Part shown: positions 13,237-27,189 of the stretch, piece after piece
How the letters are laid out: each line of letters starts with the position of its first letter
How positions within the stretch are numbered: position 1 is the stretch's first letter
Notes under the pieces: generated by a model
The model's input: only the letters and a program-made list of their open reading frames with translations
What the model was told of the DNA's origin: nothing
Database searches by the model: none
Position numbers and translations under genes: made by a program
Source: Octopus vulgaris
Lineage: Eukaryota
DNA: 64,000 nt
Direction: 5' to 3'
NCBI GenBank assembly: GCA_951406725.2
Contig: OX597824.1
Span: 7,440,001-7,504,000 of the forward strand

Positions 13237-13374
13237 AGCTTTATGGCGTATCGTCAGGTCCCAAAACCTATTGGCCTATGACCTCTTAAAAATATGGAGG
13301 AGCATTTCTGCCTCCCTAATTTTAAGTGGTCTTGGCCCAACAGGTTTTGGGACCTGATGATACACCATAAAGCT
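13237..13374. repeat. Imperfect palindrome overlapping the hammerhead (inverted Penelope-type terminal repeat)
   Basis: agctttatggcgtatcgtcaggtcccaaaacct... is the reverse complement of ...aggttttgggacctgatgatacaccataaagct. Embedded between (TA)n tracts. Confidence 0.85.
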
Positions 13375-13410
13375 AAACCCTTTATGGATGAGAAACCTAA
13401 GGTAATCCCA
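13348..13410 (+). ncRNA. Type I hammerhead ribozyme motif of a different family
   Basis: TGGGAC-CTGATGA-taca-CCATAAAG(ctaaacc)CTTTATGG-atga-GAAA-CC(TAA)GG-T-A-ATCCCA. All three stems are visible; there are mismatches at the base of stems I and II. Confidence 0.6.
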
Positions 13411-15977
13411 TAAACTGGCCTTCCCAATTTTTAATATATATATATATATATATATACATTAGCACATATGTATATAAATGTATGAGTGTGTGTGGAAAAT
13501 TTTAACTATGTTGTCTAAAACAAATTATCACAGGCATTTTAAAGTTCAGTTTTACAAGTGACATGGGTTGGATAGATCTGATGTACCAGCAAATAAAAGC
13601 ATCAGATTAATCCAAGAGGAGAAACTAGACTGATGGTATAACATTCATCTCTTTCATCTCAGTATTGCAATGAAATAGCACAGATGCAACATAGAATCAA
13701 AACCTATAAACAAACATAAATCCACATCTTGGCACCACACTTTAAGACAAGTCAGGTGCAATTCCATTGCAAGTTGATGGAAAACTGCAACTGGCAACTA
13801 TGTAATTCGGTACAACCAGCTCACAGCCGAGTAGTTGGTGACTCCACTACTAAGCTTACCCAGTAAGGACCATGTGTGAGGGCACCCAGCAGGATTATAA
13901 GACAAAAATCTGTCAAAAGCCAATGAGCTGTTTGAGTATGAACAGTACCCATATCCTGGAGGAGAAGGTGAGCATCACCATGGCTACCAAGTCAAAGAAT
14001 GGATTAGCAGATAAACCAATATTTAATTCTACACAGAATTGGTCAAATGCATGAAGAAAGCAGAGAGAGATTGGTAAAAATAAAAATAAATAGAAACAAG
14101 GTGTTCCACAGATAGAGAAAATAGATCAGTGCACTATAACAAGAGAGCCTCTACACAATCGTTTGATCTGCTGGAAATAGCAACCATATCACCCTCAAAT
14201 CATACCCTACTTCCTTAAAAAGAAATGACGAGGTTTTTGTTTGGGGTTTAGCCAGGAAGAGTAAGGCTCTTCACATGGTCTTTGCAGGTCTCTGACCCCT
14301 GTGAGATCGACTCGATTAATGTTCGATATATATATATACATAGGCGCTGGAGTGGCTGTGTGGTAAGTAGCTTGCTTACCAACCACATGGTTCCAGGTTC
14401 AGTCCCACTGCGTGGCACCTTGGGCAAGTGTCTTCTATTATAGCCCCGGGCCAACCAAAGCCTTGTGAGTGGATTTGGTAGACGGAAACTGAAAGAAGCC
14501 CGTCGTATATATGTATGTATATATATATATATGTGTGTGTGTGTGTATGTTTGTGTGTCTGTGTTTGTCCCCCTAGCATTGCTTGACAACCGATGTTGGT
14601 GTGTTTACGTCCCCGTCACTTAGCGGTTCGGCAAAAGAGACCGATAGAATAAGTACTGGGCTTACAAAGAATAAGTCCTGGGGTCGATTTGCTCGACTAA
14701 AAGCGGTGCTCCAGCATGGCCGCAGTCAAATGACTGAAACAAGTCAAAGAGTAAAAGAGTAAAGAGAGAGACGGTGTGGTCACGCCCGGAACACCCTTTG
14801 TCATAAGGTTAGCACAATCAAGTGTGACTGCTGACTAAGCAACAGTTATATTAAAAAACAAACCATGGATATCCATAAATGCATTTCACTGGAAATCACG
14901 TCCGACATTTTCGACTCCAGTCTGTGTGTTTGTAATTTTAATACATATCTGTTCTTTAATATTCCGCCAGCTCCAGAAATGCAACAGGTAGGTGCAGGTA
15001 AGCCGTACATCGATGATTCGGTGCCCCTCCTCCGCCCACTAGTGTGCCAGAGTAGTAATGTCAATAGAAAATAAAAAATCCGTGTTAAGTTTTGTGATAG
15101 TTGCTTAATTTCAATTAAATCGGTAAGTTTGTGGGTGTCACACAATTTCGTTAATACCTATATTTGCCATCACAGTAATTTCAATATTTATACACGTCAA
15201 GGTAATTATTGAGATACGACTATATGTTAAATGCTGACTTTTCGAAAATTAAACGAAAACGAAACACCTAAAGTAGACCTTTTAACACAAAATGCAATCA
15301 AAGAGAAAATCTCATAATAACGAAAACGTTTTTTTTCCCTTAGGGAGCCGCGACGTAGCCTTTGGACTTGCTAGAAATAGCAGCCAAATCCTACTCAAAT
15401 CGAACCCTATTTTCATTTTCAAAAATAAAGTTGAGTGTTTGGATGATGTAACAATCATCATAATACAAAACCGATGGGATGGACATGGTGGGAATGTTTT
15501 TAATAAGAAGGGTTGTTCAATCGGGGTTGACAAACTGGGCCCAAACAGTAACCGAAGTGTTTTATAATAAAAACAGGGAGAAATCGTTGATAATTTCAAT
15601 AATAATAAAGTTTTTTTTTTTACGGTGACAATAGAGAATCAATTGTTACAAAAACGTGTCACACGCTAAAATGGGTTACACAATAAATAGTCCGTACGTG
15701 TGTGTGTGTGTTTGTGTGTGTGTGTTGTTAGTAATTACGGAAATTAGACGTCGACGTTTTTTAGCAAAGTTGGGTAGTTCCGCCCTTGTCCATTAAGTTT
15801 TTTGTTGGTCGGTCGACGAAGAGGCGGCGACGTGTGTTGTGTACACGTTTAATCAGGCTGTCTGCTACTTTTTTTCAACTCAACAAGCTCTGAAATAGTT
15901 TCACACTAATTTACGATTTATATCCTTAAAAGAAAAGAGGGGAGAGGATCGAGGGGGGAGGGGAGTAGTTAATGGTT

Positions 15978-16238
15978 CTACTCGAGAACAGTGGTTCCCG
16001 GTGACGCGCACTCGCGGTAGTCGCGCGTCCGCGCCTAGCTAGTCGTGACTAGTCGATCCTACCTACAACGACTACCTAAGCAAAGTAAATAAAACACAAA
16101 ATAAATAATTTTTTTTTTACACAAAGTAAAATAATTTTTGTTAAGCAAAGTAAATAACACACAAAAACACAGAGTAAAGATCGACTAGTCACGACTGAGT
16201 ACGCGAGTGCGCGCACCGGGACCACTGTTCTCGAGTAG
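15978..16238. mobile_element. CpG-rich foldback MITE
   Basis: Arms CTACTCGAGAACAGTGGT(T)CCCGGTG..CGCGCACTCGCG...AGTCGTGACTAGTCGATC and their reverse complement, A-rich interior, TTAA near both ends. Confidence 0.8.
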
Positions 16239-16993
16239 TACCCAAGTTAATTTATAGCACCACAAAGTCAACTGTCAATATACCACGTACTTCGAACGAA
16301 AATTATTACAGATCAGAAATAAGAGCACGAAACTATTACATGATATCTATCTATATATATGTGTGTGGCAACAGATAACCTAAATGGTAGAAGGCGTAAG
16401 AGGAAAGATATTCTGTGCCACAGAAGGGAAAAACAATGACATAGGTGTGGTTTTAAATTTCGGTAATTGACACGGAGAGAGAGAGGAAGAACGAAATCAA
16501 TAAGAGTTAACTTTTGGGGTGATGGCAACACGAGTTGGGAAAGAAAATAATTAGTGCGTGGAACAGTGGTCGCGTCCTTATTTTGAAAAATATACAAACA
16601 TACATACATACATACACACCTACATATATATATTTATATAAATAAGGATAAGTGGCTGCTATTTTCAGCATGGTGGTATCTCGTAGATACCCTAATTTAT
16701 AATTTTAATCATATATATATATACACACACATATATATATATATACATACATACATATATACATACATACACATATATATATATATATACATACATACAT
16801 ACATATATATATATATATACATACATACACACACACACATACATACATACATGTATGTATGTATGTGTGTGTGTATGTGATGTATGTATGTGTGTGTGTG
16901 TATGTATGTATGTATGCATGTATGATGTATGTATGTATGTATGTATGTGTGTATGTATGTATGTGTGTGTGTATGTATGCATGTATGTATGTA

Positions 16994-17024
<31 letters not shown>

Positions 17025-18498
17025 ATGTATGTATGTATGATGTATGTATGTGTGTGTATGTATGTATGTGTGCATGTATGTATGTTTATATATATATATA
17101 TATAAAACATACATACATGCACACTTAAGTTTAAAACATGTAAAAAGATGGCAATCAATGATTCCACACACATTCACTTCTAGAGTTTGTTTACTGTGAA
17201 ATTTTTCCATGTTTATCATAAACAGAAACTTAATAGAATCGTTAAACAGATGTCAACCAACCTCCCAGTTTGTTTTCCTTCTCCGAGGGCGGCGCAAATC
17301 ACACAATATACGGAGATATATGTGGAAGGAAAAAAAAAAAGTATTGCCAGGCCAACCCCTTTGCGTAGATCACACAACTGCAACGAATTCTTAACTGGTG
17401 TTGATAATATATCCGGGCAGAAGCAATAAAATGTCGTAATTCATCAGTTAATCAATAGATAAGTTATTTAAAACTCCGACCGTCTTCATATCAGTGAAAA
17501 GGAAAGCTCTGACAGGGAGTGAACGGTAAAATGCGATCGGCGTGCGTTGTCAGATGCTCCCACAGACGTCCATGTTGTTACGGCCTTCGCCAAGCAGTTT
17601 CCCCGTTTCAATAAAAGTCTGGCGAAAGGGAGACTAATGCGATGCCATAAACATCAAAACTGATCAAAACTGAAAGTAAAATTCACCAATGGTTTTGGGC
17701 GACTCGGCTCAGCCGTTAAGCACGCCGGACAAAAATCATTAGCAATATATATATATATATATCTATTTCTTTGTTGTTGTTTTTTTTTACTTCAATTTCT
17801 GCAATTTCAACCAATCACTGACGTCTATTGAGGTAAAAAAAAAACATTCTGTGCCGTATGAATATGTCCCTCGTTTAAGAAACAGATTGGGTTTATTTAC
17901 ATTTGTGAAGTAAAAAAGATACCCTTCCCCCACCCCTAATTCTAACCTTAACCCTAACCCTAACTAATCCTAACTAACCCTAACCCTAAAACAGATTGAA
18001 ATGCAATAGATCGATACTAGGGTCATAATTATGGGTGACAAGGGGCTACACACAGAGAGGACAAACAAGGACAAACAAACAGATTAAGTCGATTATATCG
18101 ACCCCAGTGCGTAACTGGTACTTAATTTATCGACCCCGAAAGTATGACAGGCAAAGTCGACCTCGGTGGGACTTGAACTCAGAACATAACAGCAGACGAA
18201 ATACCTATTTCTTTACTACCCACAAGGGGCTAAACACAGAGAGGACAAACAAGGACAGACAAACGGATTAAGTCGATTATATCGACCCCAGTGCGTAACT
18301 GGTACTTAATTTATCGACCCCGAAAGGATGAAATGCTAAGTGGGCCTCGGCGGAATTTGAACTCAGAACGTAACGGCAGACGAAATACCGCGAAGCATTA
18401 GCAATATATATCTTCCGGCCTTACGTTCCGGGTTCAAATTCCGCCCCAGTCCACTTCGCCATTTAACCTTTTCGGGATCAACATAATAAGTACCAATC

Positions 18499-18638
18499 GG
18501 ATCTTTTCACTTTGACCGGCAGATTTTTAAAGTGAAAAGATCCGTTTTATATAACACATTCTACCAGTATACGAAGTTTAAAAGTGTTTAGTTACCTAGA
18601 AATTATGTTAAAAACTGCCGTTCAAACCGAAAAGATCC
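18499..18638. mobile_element. MITE with GGATCTTTT...AAAAGATCC termini
   Basis: The same terminus occurs at ~22360 and in a 52-bp minimal copy at 28606-28657. Confidence 0.7.
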
Positions 18639-20399
18639 GCACGCCGGACAAAACGACTAGCGATATATCTATTTCTTTACTACCTACAAGGGGCTAAACA
18701 CAGAGAAGACAAACAAGGACAGGCAGACAGATTAAGTCGATTATATCGACCCCAGTGCGTCACTGGTACTTAATTTATCGACCTCGAAAGGATGAAAGGC
18801 AAAGTTGACCTCAGCAGAATTTGAACTCAGAATGCAGTGGCGGACGAAATACGACAAATTTCGCCCGGCGTGCTAACGTTTCTGCCAGCTCGCCGCCCTG
18901 ATTAGCGATATATCTTCCGGCTTTACGTTCTGGGTTCAAATCCCGCCCAAGTCAACTCCCCCATTTAACCTTTCTGCATCCATATAGTAAGTACCAGTCA
19001 AGCACTGGGGTCGATGTAAGCGACTGTCTCCCCTCCCGCTAAACTTCAGACCATGTGCCTATAATGGACAGAAGTATTAAATTCTTGCCTTTTTTCTTTT
19101 AGGTTTTTGTTTTTTTTTTAATTATTCGGAGTAATTTTGAAATTCATAAATATAAATTTGGTTTTATTTTAAATTAATCTTTTTTCCTAGTTATTAATTC
19201 AAAATTATTTCGCTATCAATAAATAATTTTAGATTTATACTAATACATTTTTTCTTATCAATTATTAATTCAAAATTATTTTGAACTCGAATAATAATAG
19301 TTTGGTTTTACTCTTTTACTTGTTTCAGTCATTTGACTGCGGCCATGCTGGAGCACCGCCTTTAATCGAGGAACTCGACCCCGGGACTTATTCTTTGTAA
19401 GCCCAGTACTTATTCTATCGGTCTCTTTTTGCCGAACCGCTAACTAACGGAGACATAAACACATCAGCATCGGTTGTCAAGCAATGCTAGGGGACAAACA
19501 CAGACACACAAACACACACACACACATATATATACATATATACGACGGGCTTCTTTCAGTTTCCGTCTACCAAATCCACTCACAAGGCTTTGGTCGGCCC
19601 GAGGCTATAGTAGAAGACACTTGCCCAAGGTGCCCCGCAGTGGGACTGAACCCGGAACCATGTGGTTGATAGACAAGCTACTTACCACACAGCCACTCCT
19701 GCGCCTTTATTTTAAATTCTTTTTTTTTTTCTAGTTACTAATTCAAAATTATTTCGATATCAATAGATAATTTTAGATTTATATTAATACATTTTTTTAA
19801 TCAATTAATTTTGGATTAATAATCCAAAATTATTTTGAAATCGAATAATAATAGTTTGGTTTTATTTTATTCTAAATTTTCTTTTCAGACATCAGGATAT
19901 ACGAATTTAATTTTGCTATATTCTTATTAATTTTTTTTATTAGTTAATAAATCAAAGTATGTTAGAAATCACCGATATAATTTTAATTTTATTTTACTTT
20001 AAAACTCTTTCCATCTAATTTTTTTTTAACTCATCAAAATTCATTGCATTTTATGAATGTCTGAAAACTGAAGCATAGAAGGGAGATAATTAAATAAGAA
20101 CTAGATTTAAGTAAAGGGACGTAAATTGGGCGATCAGGAAATTTCGTCTCAATTCAGAGCTGAAAAGATACTTCTGATCAAAGGCATTCCAACCGTGATG
20201 AACCCCACTCAACTTTCTTTTCTTCCTTTTTTTTTCTAAAGCATAGTCTTTTCTGGACAAAGTGTCTTTTTTAAAAAATAGTGAACGTAATTTGAAGGGG
20301 ATATGGCTGGTTACTAATTGATAGAGAAGGTATTCATACAATACAAAAAGAAGAATATTTAGATAAAATGACATACAAAATCTTCGTCAGAAATTAACG

Positions 20400-21240
20400 T
20401 TCGGGCTAACATTTTTCGACGTCAATTCTTGTTGCCCTGGTACAATAAATATCTCTTTACAACTTCGATCACTGTTCCTTCATCTTGTACATCTGCAACA
20501 GCAAAACTCGTTACAATCGCTAACTGCTAATTCCAACATATATCATAATACCAACCGTTACAATTGGTAACCCTCGACTGCAACGAAGAACTAACCGTTA
20601 CAGATACTTCAAAAAGCTGTCATGTAGCTCGTACAAAGAGCACAAGACAAAGAGTTTCCAAATAGTAAGTGCTCTAATATAATTGATAGGTAAGAATCAG
20701 TCTTTCATACAATGAAGCGACAGAAGCTTGCCTAGTACGGAAATGTCTCCTGGTACGGATCCCTGACTGAAACCATTCACGAAAATAGAGTTGGTGGAGG
20801 GTAAAGAAGAAACAGTGAAAATTCTAGTCTGAGAACATCAAGAAATGGTGGGGTCGCGACACTGCAGACTTTCTGCGTAGAGGGAGAAGGACAGGGACAA
20901 ATGATGGCTGCCAATTGACGACCAGGTCACCTGGAAAGGCACCTTGAAGGAATACCTGCGCCAGTCATGACAAAAATGATTTGTACTAAACTATTTTTCG
21001 AAGATCTCTGAGATATTTCGTTCCTGAAACGTTGACGATTCCTCTAACCTGTTGGACCGTATAATAACCACTGTTGTTGGTTTTGGAGAGTGTTTCTAGG
21101 ACGACTTAACTGAATGGGGTTCATTTCTCACCTAGCTCTTACAAATAATCAACACTTCGAAATTATGAAACTCTCATCAAATTTAAAATAACTGTAGCTT
21201 CACTGAAATATCTATTGATCGCCCGACTTTATAAAATTAG
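20400..21240 (+). mobile_element. Possible old LTR-element remnant (LTR end + tRNA-Trp-like PBS)
   Basis: AATAAA at ~20444, then ...CCGTTACA-AT-TGGTAACCCTCGAC (20554-20578), which resembles the PBS TGGTGACCCCGAC. No clear ORF downstream. Confidence 0.4.
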
Positions 21241-21787
21241 CCGCCATTTCTCTCTTAAATAACTCTATCATCTTGATGTGTGAAAGAAACAAGGGATGTT
21301 TTGGAAAATAGATTGGAATGGGCCATTATCGTTTTAATGCGACTAGAATAGCCATTTGTTGGAGATGCCTTCCAGAAAATGTAGACTGCAGCATGTATGA
21401 TCTTAAGTTTGTCATTCAGGATTGACCTAGGCTAAAGACTGGTCTCTTTAGGTAACAGCCTGGGCCTTTAAGTAACAGACTGGACCCTTTAAGTAATAGC
21501 CTCTCATCTGATTTTTAGTACCCCGTTGATTGAATTATCGCGACACCGTCTATACATAACACCTATGTAAAGACTTCGCTTGGCCCTGCCTGAGATTCGA
21601 AACCGAATCTACTCGCCTGTTGCTTGTCAAGCAAATCTGAAACCTCTTTGTTTTTGCATCTCCACACTGGATGATTAATGACCTAAGACCTTTTTGCTGG
21701 TCACTTTTGGGTCAGTCCTTTGTTTAGGATTTGATCCATACCCTGGCCATAGACTATATAATACAGAACATTTCTTTCTCCAGCCCC

Positions 21788-21982
21788 AACCCTAAAACCT
21801 TAACCCTAACTCTAACCCTAAAACCCGAACCCTAACTCTAAAACCCTAAACCTAACTCTAAAACCTTAACCCGAACCCTAAGCCTAAAACCAGTACAAAC
21901 GCATGAACGATGTCATAAATAATATTGTTAGAGTTAGGGTTAAGGTTTTAGGGTTAGGGTTAGGGTTTTAAGGTTAGAGTTA
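21788..21982. repeat. Degenerate telomere-like repeats, (CCCTAA)n then (TTAGGG)n
   Basis: Directly visible; a similar (CCCTAA)n tract lies at ~17930-17990. Confidence 0.85.
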
Positions 21983-24900
21983 CGGAGAAAAATGAAAAAT
22001 AAAGCACAAACGATTATGGTGGTACCATGAAGTAAATGTGCTTCAGATACACTCGTTTATTCATACAAACATAACTGAGATGAAATATGTCATAAATGAT
22101 AGTGACAAACGAAATATACACCGCCGTAAGTTGTTGTTGAGAAACAACAGCAGTAATTTTATTCAGCTGAATACATGTCATTGATTGGTTGAAATTACCT
22201 AACTACGACAACTTTAACAAAAAAATAACTTCCAAAATACAGAATTTTCTCAACAACGCCAAGTGTAAAAGATGACACATTCTACCAGTATACGAAGTTT
22301 GAAAGTGTTTAGTTACAAAAAATAATTTTTTTAAATCTGTCGGTCAAAAGGTAAAGATCCCCAACTAGAACGAAAATACAATTGCTTTTTTGTATTCAAT
22401 ACAACTTCGTTTTTTAATTTTTTTTTTATATTGCTAATATTTTTTTAAGTGAGGATCGAAGAGCTGGCAAAATCGTAAGGGCGCCAAATCAGAATTCCTT
22501 TCTCCTGTTGATATTTCACTGGGAAACAAATGGGTCTTTATTTTTATTTACCTTTTTTTTCTCATTAAGTATTTAGCGTGGAAAATCGCTAATAAAAACG
22601 TCAACACTTTGATAATTGGAGTGTATCATTAATCCAATAGCCATGAAATACCTCCGTGCAGTAAATAACGACAACACACGTTCCGTGCTAATAATTTCAC
22701 GATCAAGGTTTTATTCAGACGCGTGACAAACGAATGCGTACAGTGAGTACACAATGTTCAATAAAGACTTCTGGGAAGAAGAAAGGTTTTGAACAACCTG
22801 CCATGTTCCAGGATAACTTTGAGTAAATAGAAATAAATCAAGCTACGAGATATATTTTCCACAAGCACTAGACTTAGGATAACAGGACGAGCTACTGGTA
22901 GGAAAGTGGAGGCGCAATGGCCCAGTGGTTAGGGCAGCGGACTCGCGGTCATAGGATCGCGGTTTCGATTCCCAGACCGGGCGTTGTGAGTGTTTATTGA
23001 GCGAAAACACCTAAAGCTCCACGAGGCTCCGGCAGGGGATGGTGGTGATCCCTGCTGTACTCTTTCACCACAACTTTCTCTCACTCTTTTCTTCCTGTTT
23101 CTGTTGTACCTGTATTTCAAAGGGCCGGCCTTGTCACTCTCTGTGTCACGCTGAATATCCCCGAGAACTACGTTAAGGGTACACGTGTCTGTGGAGTGCT
23201 CAGCCACTTACAAGTTAATTTCACGAGCAGGCTGTTCCGTTGATCGGATCACCCTCGTCGTCGTAACCGACGGAGTGCTTCCATCCACTGGTAGGAAATC
23301 AGATGTTGAATTCATGTGCCTGGCTCTCTTGTGGTCGCAGTGGACCTTGTCGCGTCTCGAAGAAGCAGCTAGAGAAGAGAGACCGATTTAAGCGGGAATG
23401 CACGCTTAAATAGACGATGTGCTACTAGCGACCTCCTGCGTGTTATTTTGATGTCATGCGTAGTAAATTAGCAAAGGAGGAGTTCATCATGTTCGCCTGG
23501 AATATTCTAGATTTTTCGAGAATGTTCGATCAGGAGAGGTAACTGTCGTGGACTCTCAAAGAATATTTTGTGGGCTTGCAAATCCGTTTCAATTAGCGCT
23601 GCCTACAACTATTCGTTTTGCAAATGATTTGGTATTCAATATGAATGACCTTTTTTCTTTATTTGTTTCTGTCATTGGACTGCGGCCATGCTGGAGCACC
23701 GCCTTCAGGAATTTTTTTGTCCAATGCATCAACCCCCAATACATACATTTTTTTTTTAGCCTTCTAACAAAATATCCCATAAAGCTTTATTTTTGTTAAG
23801 GTTTTCTCACAATATCTGCTGACGATTTCGCTTTCTGTTTTTTTTTTTTTGAGCCCAACTGGTTAACCTCGAGATCCACCTGTTGTATGCGATCCTCACG
23901 ATGGGACCTGCCCAGTTCCCCTTCTGCTTTCCCAAATACCGCGAGGCATTTACATATCGTTTGTCGTTCTACAAACTGCGACTGTCTGCTCTTCAATTTT
24001 CAACAAATTTATTATTTACATCAAACATCAGTCACAATAAAAGAGATGACTGAAATAAAGAAATGACTGAAATAAAGAAATGACTGAAAAGGCTTGTCAA
24101 ACCGCCCCGTGGTTACACCAGACAGAATGGAAAGGGTGTGTCAAGGGAGATGCTTGTTTATGTCTTCGAGAATGTCACGGATGCTTAGCTGCTTCCACAT
24201 CTTTATTGTATACCTGTCATGTGTTTGTGTACATCATTAATATATAAGTGCATGTATGTGTGTGTGTGTGTGAAGAGGTGCGTCTGTCTCCAAAACTTCA
24301 AAGTTGAGTAACGTTTTCATGCTCGGATTTGTAAACTACGGTAAAAATCATACTGGTTAACAAAGAATTTGTCCATAGAAAAAGAACACCTGTATCTTAT
24401 ATGTTTTTGCTCGCAGAATTCAGAAATAATGTCAAATTATCTCTACCACCCACAGTTTCTCTGTTCCACGATATCCCTCTCAGTTTCTGTTACGTGGGTT
24501 AAATTTCAATTAAGCTGTTGAAATGTGAAGCTAACGGTTTAAGAAAACTCCCAATCTAAACGTTTATGAATAGAATTAAGCTAGTAAAATCATAAATCCA
24601 GCTATTTGAGTCAATGAGTCTCTGAAGCTTGGCAATGCTGAGTCGAGGAGTCATCGATGTTTTGTCAGTACTGTGCTTGAAGTGTAGGTGTGGGTTGTGT
24701 ACTAAGTTCACATATTCCATTCACCTCCACAATGCCAAGAAACTGTATAAACATCGCAAACAATTTTTGCTTTATATGAAAAATATGTAAAATATTAAGA
24801 CAATGGACGAAAAATATATATAATAAAATTCTAATTGATAAATATAAACTTTTATGTAAACAAAACACGCGGGTGAAGTAAATCTCGTGGTGTGAAGAAT

Positions 24901-26881
24901 CAACACAACGTGCGGTTGTCATGGTAACAAGCTGTTAATGCCTCGCTGTCAGCTGATTGGCTAAAATTACCCAAATTTCCCGACTTTAATTCCAGATAAC
25001 ATCAGATTCTTTAATTTGCGAGACAAAGTAATTGGTTGAGCGTAATCAAAATTCAGAGTTGCATCGATACTCCAAAATTGAAAGCAATCTGAGTAAAATT
25101 AAAGAGGGTTCATTTTGCGAATGAAAAAAACTAGATCCCGGTTCACTGGCTCTACTTTGTTATCTTGAATGCTTTTAGCGGAATGGGCAATCATTCTGAT
25201 CAGGTCTCCCGTGGATCTCCCGTTTGGGCATAACTTCCATCTCCGTCCCATCAGTCCAGCAGCCCTCTCTGAAATGCATCATAGACACAACTTTACCTTC
25301 TAACTAAGCGATATGTAAAAATTTGCTTTATCCTTCTAATACCTCTCGTAAATAATATATATTTATAACTCAACATTTCATTTCTTCTATTTCCTACACA
25401 TAACGTTGGCAAATATTTATTTCTTTACTACCCACAAGGAGCTAAACATAGATGGGACAAACAAGGACAGATAAAGGGATTAAGTCGATTACATCGACCC
25501 AGTGCGAAACTGGTACTTTATTTATCGACCCCGAGAGGATGAAAGGCAAAGTCGACCTCGGCGTAATTTGAACACAGAACGTAACAGTAGACGAAATACC
25601 TATTTCTTTACTACCCACAAGGGGCTAAACACAGAGAGGACAAACAAGGACAGACAAAGGGATTAAGTCGATTACATCGATCCAGTGCGAAACTGGTACT
25701 TTATTTATCGACCCCGAGAGGATGAAAGGCGAAGTCGACCTCAGCGGAATTTGAACTCAGAACGTAACGACAGACGAAATACCAATAAGCATTTCGCCCG
25801 TCGTGCTAAACGTTGGCAAATATAATTTACGTATATCTGACATACAAAACTGTGACAGAATTCATGAAGGTCATCTTGTAAATTAAAGAAGAGGAGTGGG
25901 AGTGAGAGAGTGAGTGAGTAAGGAGGTAAAAGGAAGAGGTAACTGATAATTTACGACTCACTGGTAAATGGCGGAATATCATGTAACAGTGACACAGCCA
26001 CCATTTTGCAACAAGAGAAAACTATATAAACTTTGTTAACTCTAATCTCAACATAAATAGCAATATCTGAGGCTTGTGTGAATGCGTGTGTGAGCGTATG
26101 TATGTATTGTATACGTGTGTATGTTTATATATATGGATGCATACAGGGATGTATATGTATATATATATGTGTGCGTATATATATGCGTGTATATGTATGT
26201 GTACTTACGCGTGCCTGCATGCACGTCGTTATATGTGTGTGTGAGTACGTATAAGTTTACGTATATATGTGTGTACTTCTGTATTATATATGTAAGTATG
26301 CATGCATTTATGTACGTGTATAAATATGTGTGTGTGTGTAATAATATGCAATTTTATACATAGGCAATTAAACTTACAACGTGCATATCTTCTCAGTATT
26401 CAGCAAACTGACATACTAGTGTAATGAACCAAGCGGTAGAAACATTTAAAGTATAAAAAAATTGCCTATGGTGCACATATGAAGTGGATGGACAAACAAG
26501 GAAAGTAAAGGAGACACACTGCCAATTATAGAGTATATAGATATATTTCTTCATTCTAAAAATAATACACTCACGCAAGGAATACCACATGAGTGATGAA
26601 AAATGTATCAGTTTGTGGAAAGACTTGTGTTATATTTTGTATAATTGGACTTCACTTTTGATTCCATGTTTCCAGAGACCTACGTCATACTTGAGTTGAG
26701 ACCAAGTTAGTTTTGCCCCTTTTTTCCACAGCCGGCTTCCACTTTGAAAGCATTCGGTGCTTCTCTATGCACTTGTCATTTCCATACACATCAATGTGAA
26801 CTCTTCTTTCTTGCACACTGTATCTGATTCATCCAATAACCAGTTTTTCTTTGAGCTCGTTTAGACGCTCTTGTGTATGGC

Positions 26882-27103
26882 AAGTTTGGTTGCCTTCAAC
26901 TAACACTATCTCCTCCGAGACCCCGCGGCGCAAGTTGACCAAAATTGAGAGTATGTTAGAAGAAGGCTTGCTCTTACTTCCATAGAATAAAAAATTCAAA
27001 TCGGACCATGTTAACACCAAAAATTATTTACATCAAAAAGGTGCTTTTTTTCTATGAGAATCCCTACTTTTACGACTTTTTGACTGCCGGGCGATACTGC
27101 TAG
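26882..27103 (+). mobile_element. Helitron, internally deleted copy of the 7.6-kb family
   Basis: Matches the reverse complement of ~7735-7925 and ends GCCGGGCGATACTGCTAG|T. Confidence 0.8.
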
Positions 27104-27189
27104 TTATTTGATATTGTTCTCTACTGCCATCCTTCCTTTATTCCAGTATTTCCTGGTCTGTTTCTTACCTTTTATGACCCTGTAGCAAA

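Noticed and set aside
14248-14589. Recurrent ORF 'RRASFSFRLPNPLTRLW...' found many times
   Set aside because: It is the antisense reading of SINE family A, not a gene family.
14846-15145. Overlapping 99-aa (-) and 69-aa (+) ORFs as coding exons
   Set aside because: No recognisable domain and no partner exons; kept only as part of a possible regulatory region.
21788-21982. Ancient telomere-telomere fusion
   Set aside because: The orientation is (CCCTAA)n then (TTAGGG)n, opposite to a fusion, and the tracts are linked to a TIR repeat.
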